Shown in pieces: positions 10,667 to 19,825 of a stretch of 64,000 bases of DNA. Both the position numbers and the translations under genes were made by a program. The stretch lies in the IMG/VR virus record IMGVR_UViG_3300042013_000103. The stretch is one strand, 5' to 3'. The notes below the pieces were generated by a model that saw only the letters and a program-made list of their open reading frames with translations, was not told where the DNA came from and did no database searches. The first letter of the stretch is position 1. Every line of letters begins with the position of its first letter. The stretch is from a virus (Duplodnaviria > Caudoviricetes).

Positions 10667-12415
10667 ATGACCGACCTAAGCTACACCAAGGCAGACGTAC
10701 TGGGGATCGAAGCAAAGCACATCACCTACGTCACCGACCAGTATGGCAAATACGACGACGCCCATGTCGTGAAAGAAATCATTCACTTGAAAGACGGTCG
10801 GAAAATCCCCAACCTCAAAGTGATCACCAACTACGAGCGGCCATTTTGGGTCACCGAGAAAGGGCGGCAGAACCACACCGAGAAGAAAGATTATGAGTAC
10901 GTCGCTAACACTCGCAAATACATGTCTACTCAAATCAACCTCAGCCGTTCCATTGCACGGGTACTGGGCGATTACAGCATGGGCCCCAACCCACGTTTAC
11001 GACAGTTGGCTCGCAGTCCTTTCCTTTACGGTTCAGACGTGTCGGGCGGTGCTTGTTTAAAGAACGCTTACCGTAAGCGGTGCCCGGACTTGATCTCGAA
11101 GAACACCGTGGCCGGTGGCGACATCGAAACCAACGTTTACGAGGCCGACAAAGACGGGCAGATCATCTGCATGTCCGTGACGTACAAGACCAAAGTGTTC
11201 CTGGCGTACTACAAAGGCTGGATCAAGGACATCCCGGACGTCGTCGAGCAAACGCACAAACTGGCCACGGAAGTGCCGGAGCTCAAAGAACTGATTGAGA
11301 AGCGGGGGTTGGTGCTGGAAGTGGTGGTGTGTGACACCCCTGCCCAAGTGGCGATCGACTGCATCGCGAAGCTGCACGAATGGAAACCGGACTTCTTCTC
11401 GTTCTGGAACATGGACTTCGACATTAGTCGCATCCTGAAGAACCTGAACCAATACGGCGTGGACCCGAAAGATGTGTTCTCGGACCAGTCCGTACCGAAG
11501 AACTTCCGCTACTTCGACTACAACCAAGCGCAAGCCAAGACCACCACCGCATCGGGCGTGACCAAGTCCAAGTCGATGGAGGAACTGTGGAACTGGGTGA
11601 CCACACCGGCACACTTCCAGTGCATCGACGCCATGTCGATTTACCGGGCATTGCGGATTGCGAAAGGCAAGGAACCTTCTTATGCCCTGGACCGTATCCT
11701 CAAGAAAGAACTGAAGATCAGCAAGCTGAAGTTTCCGGGGGCTGAACACCTCACCGGCATCGACTGGCACAAATACATGCAGACCGAACAGAAAGTGTTC
11801 TACGGTTTGTACAACATCGTCGACAGCATCCGTCTGGAACAACTGGACGAACACGTCAACGACCTGTCGTCGTCGATCACGATGTTTTCCAAGTACTCGG
11901 ACTTCAAGAACTTCAACTCTAACCCGAAGCGGCTGTGCGACGACATGCATTTCTGGTACCTGGCCCGTCCAGAACCCCGCGTGATCGGTTCCTCGTCGGA
12001 CAAAATGGTGCACGACCTCGACCGTTACGTGATCGGGCACGAGGATTGGATCACGACCTTGCCATCGTACATGGCAGGGCCCAACGGCATGGCATGCATT
12101 AAAGGCTTCCCCGGGTACGGGTCACTGATCTGGTCGCACGTGGCCGACTTGGACATTGTGTCGACGTACCCGACCGTGTCGCAGAACTTGAACATCGCCC
12201 GGGAAACCGTGGTGATGGAGTTCGGGCAGATGAAAGGGATTCCGGAAGTCTGGCGCCGAGAAGTCGGGGTGAACTTAACCGGGGGTCGGACCAACGCCGT
12301 GGAGATCTGTCAGAAGATTCTGAAAGGCCCTTCCATGGACCAGTTGCTGAAGAACTACCTGGCTATGAAAGCAGGGGCACCGATGGAGGCACAACCGTCT
12401 AGTCTGGGAAAGTAG
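10667..12415 (+). CDS. Split family-B DNA polymerase, 3'-5' exonuclease plus motif A subunit (phiKZ gp82-like)
   Basis: ExoI DIET, ExoII WNMDFD, ExoIII YNIVDS and polymerase motif A DLDIVSTYP. Confidence 0.85.
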   Translation: MTDLSYTKADVLGIEAKHITYVTDQYGKYDDAHVVKEIIHLKDGRKIPNLKVITNYERPFWVTEKGRQNHTEKKDYEYVANTRKYMSTQINLSRSIARVLGDYSMGPNPRLRQLARSPFLYGSDVSGGACLKNAYRKRCPDLISKNTVAGGDIETNVYEADKDGQIICMSVTYKTKVFLAYYKGWIKDIPDVVEQTHKLATEVPELKELIEKRGLVLEVVVCDTPAQVAIDCIAKLHEWKPDFFSFWNMDFDISRILKNLNQYGVDPKDVFSDQSVPKNFRYFDYNQAQAKTTTASGVTKSKSMEELWNWVTTPAHFQCIDAMSIYRALRIAKGKEPSYALDRILKKELKISKLKFPGAEHLTGIDWHKYMQTEQKVFYGLYNIVDSIRLEQLDEHVNDLSSSITMFSKYSDFKNFNSNPKRLCDDMHFWYLARPEPRVIGSSSDKMVHDLDRYVIGHEDWITTLPSYMAGPNGMACIKGFPGYGSLIWSHVADLDIVSTYPTVSQNLNIARETVVMEFGQMKGIPEVWRREVGVNLTGGRTNAVEICQKILKGPSMDQLLKNYLAMKAGAPMEAQPSSLGK

Positions 12416-12792
12416 TTTACCGGTGGAAGCGCTACGACGGCTATGAGTGTTCGAGTAAAGGGGACACGCGTTACAGTGCCCTCTTTGCGGTGCTGCCTGA
12501 CGGACGGACGATCGAGGAAGCGTACCAATTGGATTGCAAGGGGTGGCGCTCAGAGAGCAATGACTGGCGCTATGGCAAAGGAAAGCCTCCCAAAGACACC
12601 TCCGTCGACCTGTGGGCCGAGTACAAGCAACTCTGGAACACGTGGGCCGATGCCAACCCCGAGCTGCTGCAAGAGCTGGCCACCACGGCGAAGGAATACC
12701 ACGACTGCACCTTGTCGGACATGTTCGCCTCCACTGACATATCCCAAGCCAGAGCCCTGGCGGAGATCTTGAATGAACGCGCTGTCGTTTGA
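12403..12792 (+). CDS. NADAR-like (YbiA/T4 gp30.3 fold) domain; open from 12403, first canonical start only at GTG 12490
   Basis: Frame reads GKVVYRWKRYDGYECSSKGDTRYSALFAVLPDGRTIEEAYQLDCKG...NPELLQELATT...TLSDMF...SQARALAEIL. Order and spacing parallel the NADAR motifs FSNF, DG..TSEHYFQAQK, HAELRALLLAT, KLVE and NRLGYLL (manual comparison). Confidence 0.5.
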   Translation, partial: SGKVVYRWKRYDGYECSSKGDTRYSALFAVLPDGRTIEEAYQLDCKGWRSESNDWRYGKGKPPKDTSVDLWAEYKQLWNTWADANPELLQELATTAKEYHDCTLSDMFASTDISQARALAEILNERAVV

Positions 12793-12804
12793 AGGGGACT
12801 TAAG

Positions 12805-13161
12805 ATGAACCTGACTCAATGGTTGTTGGTCAAGCTGGCGGAAGAAGCCAATGAGATGGGCAAGGAAGCTCTAAAGGGCAGTCAGTTTGGGTTGGATTCC
12901 GATTTTCAAGGGACCACCAACGCAGAGTTGATCACCAAGGAGTACAACGACCTCAGGGCCGTCATTGGGTTTGGAACCCTGTTGAATAACCAGAGTCATT
13001 TTGCCAAGTTATTCAGTGATCTTCCTGATGCGGTGTTTTGGCCCCGGGCTTACAAGCTGAGCCACTACGCCTTGCAGTCGCACCGCATTGGTTTACTGAC
13101 CTTAAGCGAAGAGCAACTACGTCAACTGGAAGGCTACGCCAAACAACACCCCGTCAGTTAA
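12805..13161 (+). CDS. MazG-like nucleotide pyrophosphohydrolase-family protein
   Basis: KLAEEANE...KEYNDL acidic helix pattern typical of the all-alpha NTP-PPase fold; 118 aa. Confidence 0.6.
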   Translation: MNLTQWLLVKLAEEANEMGKEALKGSQFGLDSDFQGTTNAELITKEYNDLRAVIGFGTLLNNQSHFAKLFSDLPDAVFWPRAYKLSHYALQSHRIGLLTLSEEQLRQLEGYAKQHPVS

Positions 13162-13162
13162 A

Positions 13163-13200
13163 GGCATAATTGGCTTCCCCTAGGGGAAGCCAATATGTCG
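13163..13200. terminator. Bidirectional hairpin flanked by GGCATA and TATGTCG
   Basis: ATTGGCTTCCCC/GGGGAAGCCAAT inverted repeat between convergent stops at 13161 and 13203. Confidence 0.8.
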
Positions 13201-13202
13201 TC

Positions 13203-14405
13203 TTAAGGTACCAGTTCCAACACAGGACGCCAACCGTAGCCGGTTGCTGTGGAGTTGACTGGCTGATACCACATGCCGTCAATCGTCGGGTAACCAGGGG
13301 CACAGTGACCGCCAGAGGTACTCGCTTCTTGGCAAGTGGTCAGCTGGCCATTGGTAGACCCGCCATCAACACCCAGTTGTGCTGGAGTGTAGGTGCCGTG
13401 GACTGCGTTGGTCAGGCCGACCATGTAGTTGAGCCACTCTCGCCCGATCGCACTGCCGGGGGACGCGGTGGAACCCAACATCAAACGCACTTTGAACGTC
13501 CGCCCACCGATGACCACCGTGGTGTTGCCGGTCACCAGGTTTGCGGTATTCAACTGCTCCCAGCTGATGCCAATGCGAATTGGCAGTTTAGGGAAGTAGA
13601 TTTCTTTACCGGCGTCGATGAAGTGCATCCATGGCGAAGCCGTGTTAATCGAAGCCCCTGCCGTCAGGTTCACGGCGGTGGCCAACGCTTCAGGGGTGAT
13701 GAACGAGGCTGCCGCCACCTCCCCTTGGAACGGAGTCACGGGCAGCGTGGATTTCACAATGACCATCGGTCGCCAGCCGTTGTGGAAGTCCACTTGAGAG
13801 GGGATGTTGTACCACACTCCCATGATGTTCGGATTGGAGTTGGCACTGTAGCCCCGGACGTAGTGACCACGGCTTTCGGCTTCCAAGCACACCGTGGTGG
13901 ACCCGTTCGCGGTCGTGGCTGCATCTGCACTGATGCCCAGCATCTCATCGGTGTAATCGCTCCAATGGGGCGTGTCCCCCGGCAAGGAACCCCGGTAGAT
14001 GCCTCCGTAGATCGGGTACAGGAAGTTGTTCCAATCCCCACCGGCGTTGCTGTCGGTTGCTCCCGTGGATGGGTTAGCCGCGCCGGTCATGAAATGCACC
14101 ACGTGGTCCTCGCCGTTGATGGAAATAGTCTTCCCTGCTTGGGCGGTGTTGATTTGTTCCCACGAGAGATTATAGCGGAGGGTCTTACGGGCTAAGTAAA
14201 ACTCCAGTCCCTCGAGGGTGATGTAGTGCAACCACCCCACGTCCGAGTTGTGTACGCTGCCGGCAGTCAGGTTCAGTTCAGCGGCCAAGTCCGTCGCTGT
14301 GATGAAGTCCTCGTTGGACACATAGCCTTTGAACACGGTGTTGTCTAATACGGGTGGTGGTTCCCACGGTGCCCCTGACAGGGAACTCAACATGATCTCA
14401 AACAT
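13203..14405 (-). CDS. Virion tail-associated protein with two tandem copies of one domain (phiKZ gp83/gp131-135-type family)
   Basis: Two repeats of F.G.V....FIT...LA...NLTAG...W.H.I......SWEQ.NTA...GWRP. Confidence 0.6.
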   Translation of the reverse strand: MFEIMLSSLSGAPWEPPPVLDNTVFKGYVSNEDFITATDLAAELNLTAGSVHNSDVGWLHYITLEGLEFYLARKTLRYNLSWEQINTAQAGKTISINGEDHVVHFMTGAANPSTGATDSNAGGDWNNFLYPIYGGIYRGSLPGDTPHWSDYTDEMLGISADAATTANGSTTVCLEAESRGHYVRGYSANSNPNIMGVWYNIPSQVDFHNGWRPMVIVKSTLPVTPFQGEVAAASFITPEALATAVNLTAGASINTASPWMHFIDAGKEIYFPKLPIRIGISWEQLNTANLVTGNTTVVIGGRTFKVRLMLGSTASPGSAIGREWLNYMVGLTNAVHGTYTPAQLGVDGGSTNGQLTTCQEASTSGGHCAPGYPTIDGMWYQPVNSTATGYGWRPVLELVP

Positions 14406-14485
14406 ATTCCACCTGGTCGATATAAGTTACTAACACATGATAAAGCGGCATAAAACCCATCCCTGGCTAGAAGGATGGGTTAGAG

Positions 14486-15937
14486 TTACGCGAGGGTGGT
14501 GAAGTACTCGATCACGAACGCTTGGCGGGCGTGTGGCAGTTTGCTCACGTAGGCCGCGATGTCACACTGGGTACGGACCAGCTTGTTCGGGTCAGTGAAG
14601 ATGTGGAACAGTTCCAGGAGTTGAATGTGCGACTCTTGGACCTGACCTTCCACACGCAGACCACCGGTGAAACGGTAGATGTAGGTGTGGGAGAACATGC
14701 CACCGCGGTGCTTGGCAACGAAGTCCAGCAGGATCGACATGCCGCTGACGAAACCTTTCGGGTCTTCGATGTTGATCACGTAACGCAGGACGTCGTCCAG
14801 TTTGCGCTGGGCTTTCACGCCGGTATCAAAGGACACTGGGTGGTTAACACCGCACGTGCTGGCGTAGAAGTCCAGCAGGGTTTGAATGTAGGTGAGGTTC
14901 ATGTTGGACAAGCCTTCGTAAGTTTGGGCGGTGATGCCAATGGACTCAACCGGGGCCACAACGGCCTTGGCCGCCGGGGCGGTCGCTTTGGCACGCGGCT
15001 CGGTTGGCAGGGTAGACGGCTGAGGGGCGCTGGTCAGCTTGACGTAGTGCGCTTTAACGGCTTCAGGGGATGCGTCGCACTTGTAGTCGAAACGACGTAC
15101 CACTTCCACGGCCAGCTTCTGTACGGTGGCCACAGCGCCTTCTGGCGACACGATCGAATTCGCCAACCATGCGGTCAGTTCCGCATCGGTCCAGTCTTCG
15201 GCAGGGCGGGTCAGTCGGGTGAGGTCTTCAACCCACACGTCCGGAGCGGCTTGAGGGGGCACGATCCCCATACGCACGTATTCCACGACGCTGCGGGTGT
15301 TCCAGGCGGCCGGCACGATTTCGACTTGACGGAGTTGGGTCACCAGGTCAGTGTGGTGGGTTTCGTCGTATTCGGCGAAGTCACCGTTGAGGGCGTCGAT
15401 CAGCTCGTCTTTGGTGAGCTCACGGCGTGCACGGCTCGGGTCGACCACGCGGTTGCCATGACGGGTCACGCCATGCAGGACGCCATCAGCGGCCAGGTAC
15501 GCTTTGACTTCGTCGTCGGTCCAGTCTTCAGGCAGGCCCAAGGTCGCACGGGTCGCAACCACGTCCACTTCCACCACCGCAGGGGCAGCAGGGGCGGTGT
15601 CGTAGATATCGGCGGTGCCGATCAGTTTCTCGGCTTGGTTCTCGGCCGGGGTTTGGTCTTCGAACGTGATGGCTTCCACCGCACTGTCCACTTGCGGCAC
15701 GGTGCTCTCGTCAGTGGCCTTGGCAGTGAAACCTTCTTTGATCAGTTGACCGACGCGAACCTTCAGGTCCGACACAGTACGGCCTTTGCCACCTTTGGTG
15801 TGGAACAGGTTGTAATCCGCTTTGGACAGCGCAGGGTCCACCAGTGTTTTGGCAATCGCATTGCCGTCAGCAGCCAGCAGAATAGTGGCGGCATCGCTGC
15901 CCACCAGTTGCGACAACAACGTTTCTACGTTCGACAT
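14486..15937 (-). CDS. Conserved hypothetical protein (phiKZ gp81-like)
   Basis: 483 aa with AAGGA RBS and repeated DWTD.E..A.L motifs. Confidence 0.6.
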   Translation of the reverse strand: MSNVETLLSQLVGSDAATILLAADGNAIAKTLVDPALSKADYNLFHTKGGKGRTVSDLKVRVGQLIKEGFTAKATDESTVPQVDSAVEAITFEDQTPAENQAEKLIGTADIYDTAPAAPAVVEVDVVATRATLGLPEDWTDDEVKAYLAADGVLHGVTRHGNRVVDPSRARRELTKDELIDALNGDFAEYDETHHTDLVTQLRQVEIVPAAWNTRSVVEYVRMGIVPPQAAPDVWVEDLTRLTRPAEDWTDAELTAWLANSIVSPEGAVATVQKLAVEVVRRFDYKCDASPEAVKAHYVKLTSAPQPSTLPTEPRAKATAPAAKAVVAPVESIGITAQTYEGLSNMNLTYIQTLLDFYASTCGVNHPVSFDTGVKAQRKLDDVLRYVINIEDPKGFVSGMSILLDFVAKHRGGMFSHTYIYRFTGGLRVEGQVQESHIQLLELFHIFTDPNKLVRTQCDIAAYVSKLPHARQAFVIEYFTTLA

Positions 15938-15991
15938 GGGTATTTCCTTTGGTTAACAAATAGAGTACAGATTATTGTACTGTTAAGTAAT

Positions 15992-16342
15992 TCAGAAAGG
16001 GTAACGCTCTGGGTCGCGGTAATCGATCCCGGCGGCTTGGCACACTTGTTTTAACCGAACAATCTCACGTTCGAGGCGAGCATGCTCCACCTGAGCCGCA
16101 TTGTAATAGTCCTTCCCCACGTTGGTTGGGTTAAACACCCCCTTCCAGTGATCGGAGCGTTCCTGAAAGATTTCATAGAAGGACGTGTCCGTGGGGTCGC
16201 CCTGCGTGCTGATGTAACTGGCCGCATGCGCCAAATCATAGGCGCACCGACGCCCGGCTTTGATCAGCATTTCATTGATTGCCCGCAGTTCCCGAGTGGG
16301 CATGTTGTAACGCAGCCACTTACGTCTTAACCAATTGATCAT
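15992..16342 (-). CDS. Hypothetical protein
   Basis: 116 aa, GAGG RBS, follows a hairpin. Confidence 0.6.
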   Translation of the reverse strand: MINWLRRKWLRYNMPTRELRAINEMLIKAGRRCAYDLAHAASYISTQGDPTDTSFYEIFQERSDHWKGVFNPTNVGKDYYNAAQVEHARLEREIVRLKQVCQAAGIDYRDPERYPF

Positions 16343-16429
16343 CTTAAACCCTCCTAGTGAACATAAAGCTTCCCCGGCTGTTATCCCAGGGAAGCCGTCT
16401 GTATTATTAGCCCAGCGTGTAAAGTTTGG

Positions 16430-17749
16430 TTACGTGATTCGAGCAGCCAAGTCCATCCGTACGGTACGTAGCACCGTAGCATGCATTTTGGAAAGGAATA
16501 AGGAGAGGAAGCGACCCCCCACACCAGCAGCGGCAGCAGGAATGCCGTTCGGGTTCTCTGCCACCGCACGCCCGGCGCAGACCGCACAGATGTTCTTCCC
16601 TTTGCCTTGACCCGCTTTGCACGCCATCGGGCCACGGATGTCGATTTTCTTACCGACCAACGAATCGATGTTGTCTTTGGTGATCAGAATCGAGACGCCT
16701 TGCTGGATGTACGTGTACCCGAGCAAACCGGCTTTCACGAAGCTTCGCACCTGCGTCGGGATGCCCATCGTGGTGCCACAGTCCGGTTCGATGATTCGTG
16801 CCGTACCCACCATCCGGTAAATGGTCTTGGTCGATTCACCACCGAGTGCCGTTTGCGCCCCCCGGTTGTACGAACCGAAACGCAGGGAGTTGTTCATCGC
16901 CACCATTTTCTGGGTGTCAATGCCTTCTTCCAGCGACTTCGCAATGTACTCCACCGACGTACCGTCCGAGAACGGCGATTCGCCACCGAAGTGGTAGAAC
17001 ACCTTCATCCGGGTCCGGGCCGTTTTGGCCGAGGCCGTGTAGAACTCCTGGGACTCGTCCCCTTCCAAATACTGGTCATCGGCCGCTTTGTATGTCTGGC
17101 CGATCTTGGCAATGTACACGGGGTCGGTCAGGTGGTCCTTGTACTTTTCCGTTTGTTCGGCGCGGATGGCGTTGCGTTCCGGGGAACTGGTCATGGACTT
17201 GCGGGTCACTGAGGTTACCAGTCCATCCGCATAAGCCGGCATGGCCAGGCAGTGGTCAATGAACATCAGGTACTGCCACACGTGGAACTTCCCCTCGGGG
17301 GCTTTCGTAGTGCGGTCGCCATCGGGGCGGTTGCTGATCAAACGTTCTTCGACTTCGGCTTCCACGATCTTCGGGGAGCAGTAGCCAAACGGGAATTCAA
17401 ACAGCGTACCGAACGGTTCAATCAAACACAGTTGGTTGAAGAACACGTTGCCGTACGTGGTGATCTTGGTTTCCTTGCCGCGGTAGTTGGCAATCAACCC
17501 AGGGGTCAGTTCGAACGCATCCCGGAAGTGCAACGGCGCCCGGTCGGGAATCCAGTCTTCGAGGTAATGGCGTTCTTTGGTGTCGGGGTCGACGAAGAAC
17601 ACTTTGTCCTCGGCTTCCTTGACCAAATGCCGGGGGTAGTGGGGGTTGTCATTCCAGGTGTAGCACACGTTGAACAACCGGGTCATCCAATGGCGTTTCT
17701 TGCCCAGGCCATGTTGCAACCCCAGCAGGAAATAGTCACGCAGTTTCAT
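16430..17749 (-). CDS. Virion RNA polymerase beta'-like subunit (phiKZ gp80-like)
   Basis: EPDCGT, zinc-site C...NICAVCAG and downstream G.G.FLSLFLSKMH region resembling the beta' C-terminal half. Confidence 0.85.
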   Translation of the reverse strand: MKLRDYFLLGLQHGLGKKRHWMTRLFNVCYTWNDNPHYPRHLVKEAEDKVFFVDPDTKERHYLEDWIPDRAPLHFRDAFELTPGLIANYRGKETKITTYGNVFFNQLCLIEPFGTLFEFPFGYCSPKIVEAEVEERLISNRPDGDRTTKAPEGKFHVWQYLMFIDHCLAMPAYADGLVTSVTRKSMTSSPERNAIRAEQTEKYKDHLTDPVYIAKIGQTYKAADDQYLEGDESQEFYTASAKTARTRMKVFYHFGGESPFSDGTSVEYIAKSLEEGIDTQKMVAMNNSLRFGSYNRGAQTALGGESTKTIYRMVGTARIIEPDCGTTMGIPTQVRSFVKAGLLGYTYIQQGVSILITKDNIDSLVGKKIDIRGPMACKAGQGKGKNICAVCAGRAVAENPNGIPAAAAGVGGRFLSLFLSKMHATVLRTVRMDLAARIT

Positions 17750-18590
17750 TCGCGTATTCTCCTAAAAGCGCAAACACCGGTTTCAACGTCAGCTGCATGG
17801 TGCGCAACGCGGCGGTGTCTTCCTGGTAGTCAGTGATTAAAGTGTTGGTGTGGTTCGCGATGTCGGCCAAGGGCACGTCCGAGAACAGCACCAGCCCGAA
17901 GATCTCGTAAGCCGCCGCGGCGGGGTCTAGCCGGTCCAACCCATCCACGGCCAGTTGGTAGAGGTTGTCAATCGCTGCCCCCACGCGCAACCCGGCGTCC
18001 GACAGGTCAAACACCATGCTGAAACGTTCACGCCCTACACGGGCCACCACGCGGTTGATCAACCGAATGCGACTAACGGGTGCCAGCGGCGCTTCAATCG
18101 CCCCACGTGCAGCCATACGCGCTTCTAGCGTACGTGCAATGGCTTGAATCAACACATCGTCCACGGTTTGGATGTAATCTATGATTTGATCGAACTTTAA
18201 GCGGGTGAACATCGGGACCATGTGCGCAATGATCTCTTCGTTCGTGTGTTGCCCACCCATCAGCAGCACGATCTGGTCGGGGATGATGTAGTGGTCGAAT
18301 TCGGTCAAGGCTTTGACAATGGCCTGGCGCTGTTCTTGGGTCGCTTCGGTCGAGACCACGAGGTTGTGTTGAATGAAAATCTGGTTGTGGGCGTAATGAA
18401 TCACGTCGTCCAGACGACTGAGCAGCATCGCGTTGTCGGAGATCCCGGATTGGATCTCACACACCTGCTGGATCTCGTCGATGGCCGTTTCGTAGTTGAT
18501 GTGCTCTAAGGTCACCACACAATCAATGAGTACCTCTTTCCGCTCATCCGTAATGAGCGGTGTTAGGATACTGTCTAAATAGTCTTTCAT
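17736..18590 (-). CDS. Virion structural protein (phiKZ gp79-like)
   Basis: 284 aa, helical, overlaps the start of the gp80-like gene; synteny. Confidence 0.6.
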   Translation of the reverse strand: MKDYLDSILTPLITDERKEVLIDCVVTLEHINYETAIDEIQQVCEIQSGISDNAMLLSRLDDVIHYAHNQIFIQHNLVVSTEATQEQRQAIVKALTEFDHYIIPDQIVLLMGGQHTNEEIIAHMVPMFTRLKFDQIIDYIQTVDDVLIQAIARTLEARMAARGAIEAPLAPVSRIRLINRVVARVGRERFSMVFDLSDAGLRVGAAIDNLYQLAVDGLDRLDPAAAAYEIFGLVLFSDVPLADIANHTNTLITDYQEDTAALRTMQLTLKPVFALLGEYANETA

Positions 18591-18751
18591 TATAAAAAGC
18601 CCCTATGAGCGTAACGATCTGTTTAACATAGGGTTGCGGGCCCAGTACATTACCTCAAGGCAAAGGGGAAGAAATGTACTACATTACCCCACACTATGTT
18701 CAAAGCTTATTTTCCCTCAAGCTTACCTAACAACCGATAAGGGCTATACCC

Positions 18752-19825
18752 ATGCAAACTCCTGTATCTGCTGTTCCGGAAACCGTCCGTGTGATCAACG
18801 AACAAGGTGAACTCCTCAAAGAACTCGCCGTCGGTTCGGAGCAACACCTCGCCCTAAAAGAGTCGCTGGGTATCGATGACTCCGTGCGTGAAGTGCAACG
18901 CCTGTCCCCTATCTCGTTCAAAGTGGACACTTCAGACGAATGGCTGCTGACCCCACGTGGCTACACGTTCAGTGAAACCGATCTGGATCAGATCGCCCAA
19001 GGTGACGTGGACACCCGCCGGTTGGTGGAGTTCGATGTGACCACCACGGCGCGTACCCCGCACCCTGAGTCCGACGATGGCCTGACCATGCACATCGATG
19101 CCAATGATCCAGATCCGTGCTGCACGGTTCGAATGGTCCAAAACAACGGTGCGCGCGTCGATACCGGCGACCTGACCCTCAGCGTTGAAGCCGACCCCCT
19201 CGACCCAGTGGCCGCCGTAGAAAGCCTGGCCAAAGTGGTGTGGGCCCCTGCACAACCAGGCTCGGGCAAAGGTTACCGCAACCGCCGTCAACAAAAGGCC
19301 GATGCAATCGAAGCACACAACTTGCATTACGCAAGCATCGCTAACCAAGAACAACTGGTGAAAGGCATGGCGGCTGTCCAAGAAGAATCCAAGGCCTTGG
19401 CCGAAGGGTTGCTCAAGTCCGAAATGGCCTGGGAGATCCTCGAGACCCTGGCCACCACCTGCACCCAGTTGATGCTGAACACGCGCAACTTCGTGGAACC
19501 GCTGATGCTGAACCTGCAGACCGAAGTCCTGCCGAAACTGGCTGACCCGGTGGCGTTCCAAAAGAACTACCAGAACCTGCTGCACGACGTGGGTGCCATG
19601 ACCAATGCACTGCAACTGCTGGCCGCTGCCCACGTGGGCAAGACCGGGGTGCCGACCGACGCCGATTTCGCCTTGATCGAAGCGACCTCCCTGGGCTACA
19701 GCAAAGTCCAGCACCAACTGGAAACCGCCGTGAACCCACTGATCTACGGCATGATCAAAACCATGGGCGACGCAGGCATCTCTGAACTGGCCCTGACCCT
19801 CCCTGCACAGGACGTGGCGCAATGA
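18752..19825 (+). CDS. Hypothetical protein (phiKZ gp78 position)
   Basis: 357 aa with phage-like codon bias; ATGA overlap with the next gene. Confidence 0.6.
   Translation: MQTPVSAVPETVRVINEQGELLKELAVGSEQHLALKESLGIDDSVREVQRLSPISFKVDTSDEWLLTPRGYTFSETDLDQIAQGDVDTRRLVEFDVTTTARTPHPESDDGLTMHIDANDPDPCCTVRMVQNNGARVDTGDLTLSVEADPLDPVAAVESLAKVVWAPAQPGSGKGYRNRRQQKADAIEAHNLHYASIANQEQLVKGMAAVQEESKALAEGLLKSEMAWEILETLATTCTQLMLNTRNFVEPLMLNLQTEVLPKLADPVAFQKNYQNLLHDVGAMTNALQLLAAAHVGKTGVPTDADFALIEATSLGYSKVQHQLETAVNPLIYGMIKTMGDAGISELALTLPAQDVAQ

Noticed and set aside
12443-12772. 109 aa ORF in the polymerase frame after its stop
   Set aside because: Implausible composition; the overlapping -1 frame carries the recognisable domain, so stop readthrough is not the likely mechanism.
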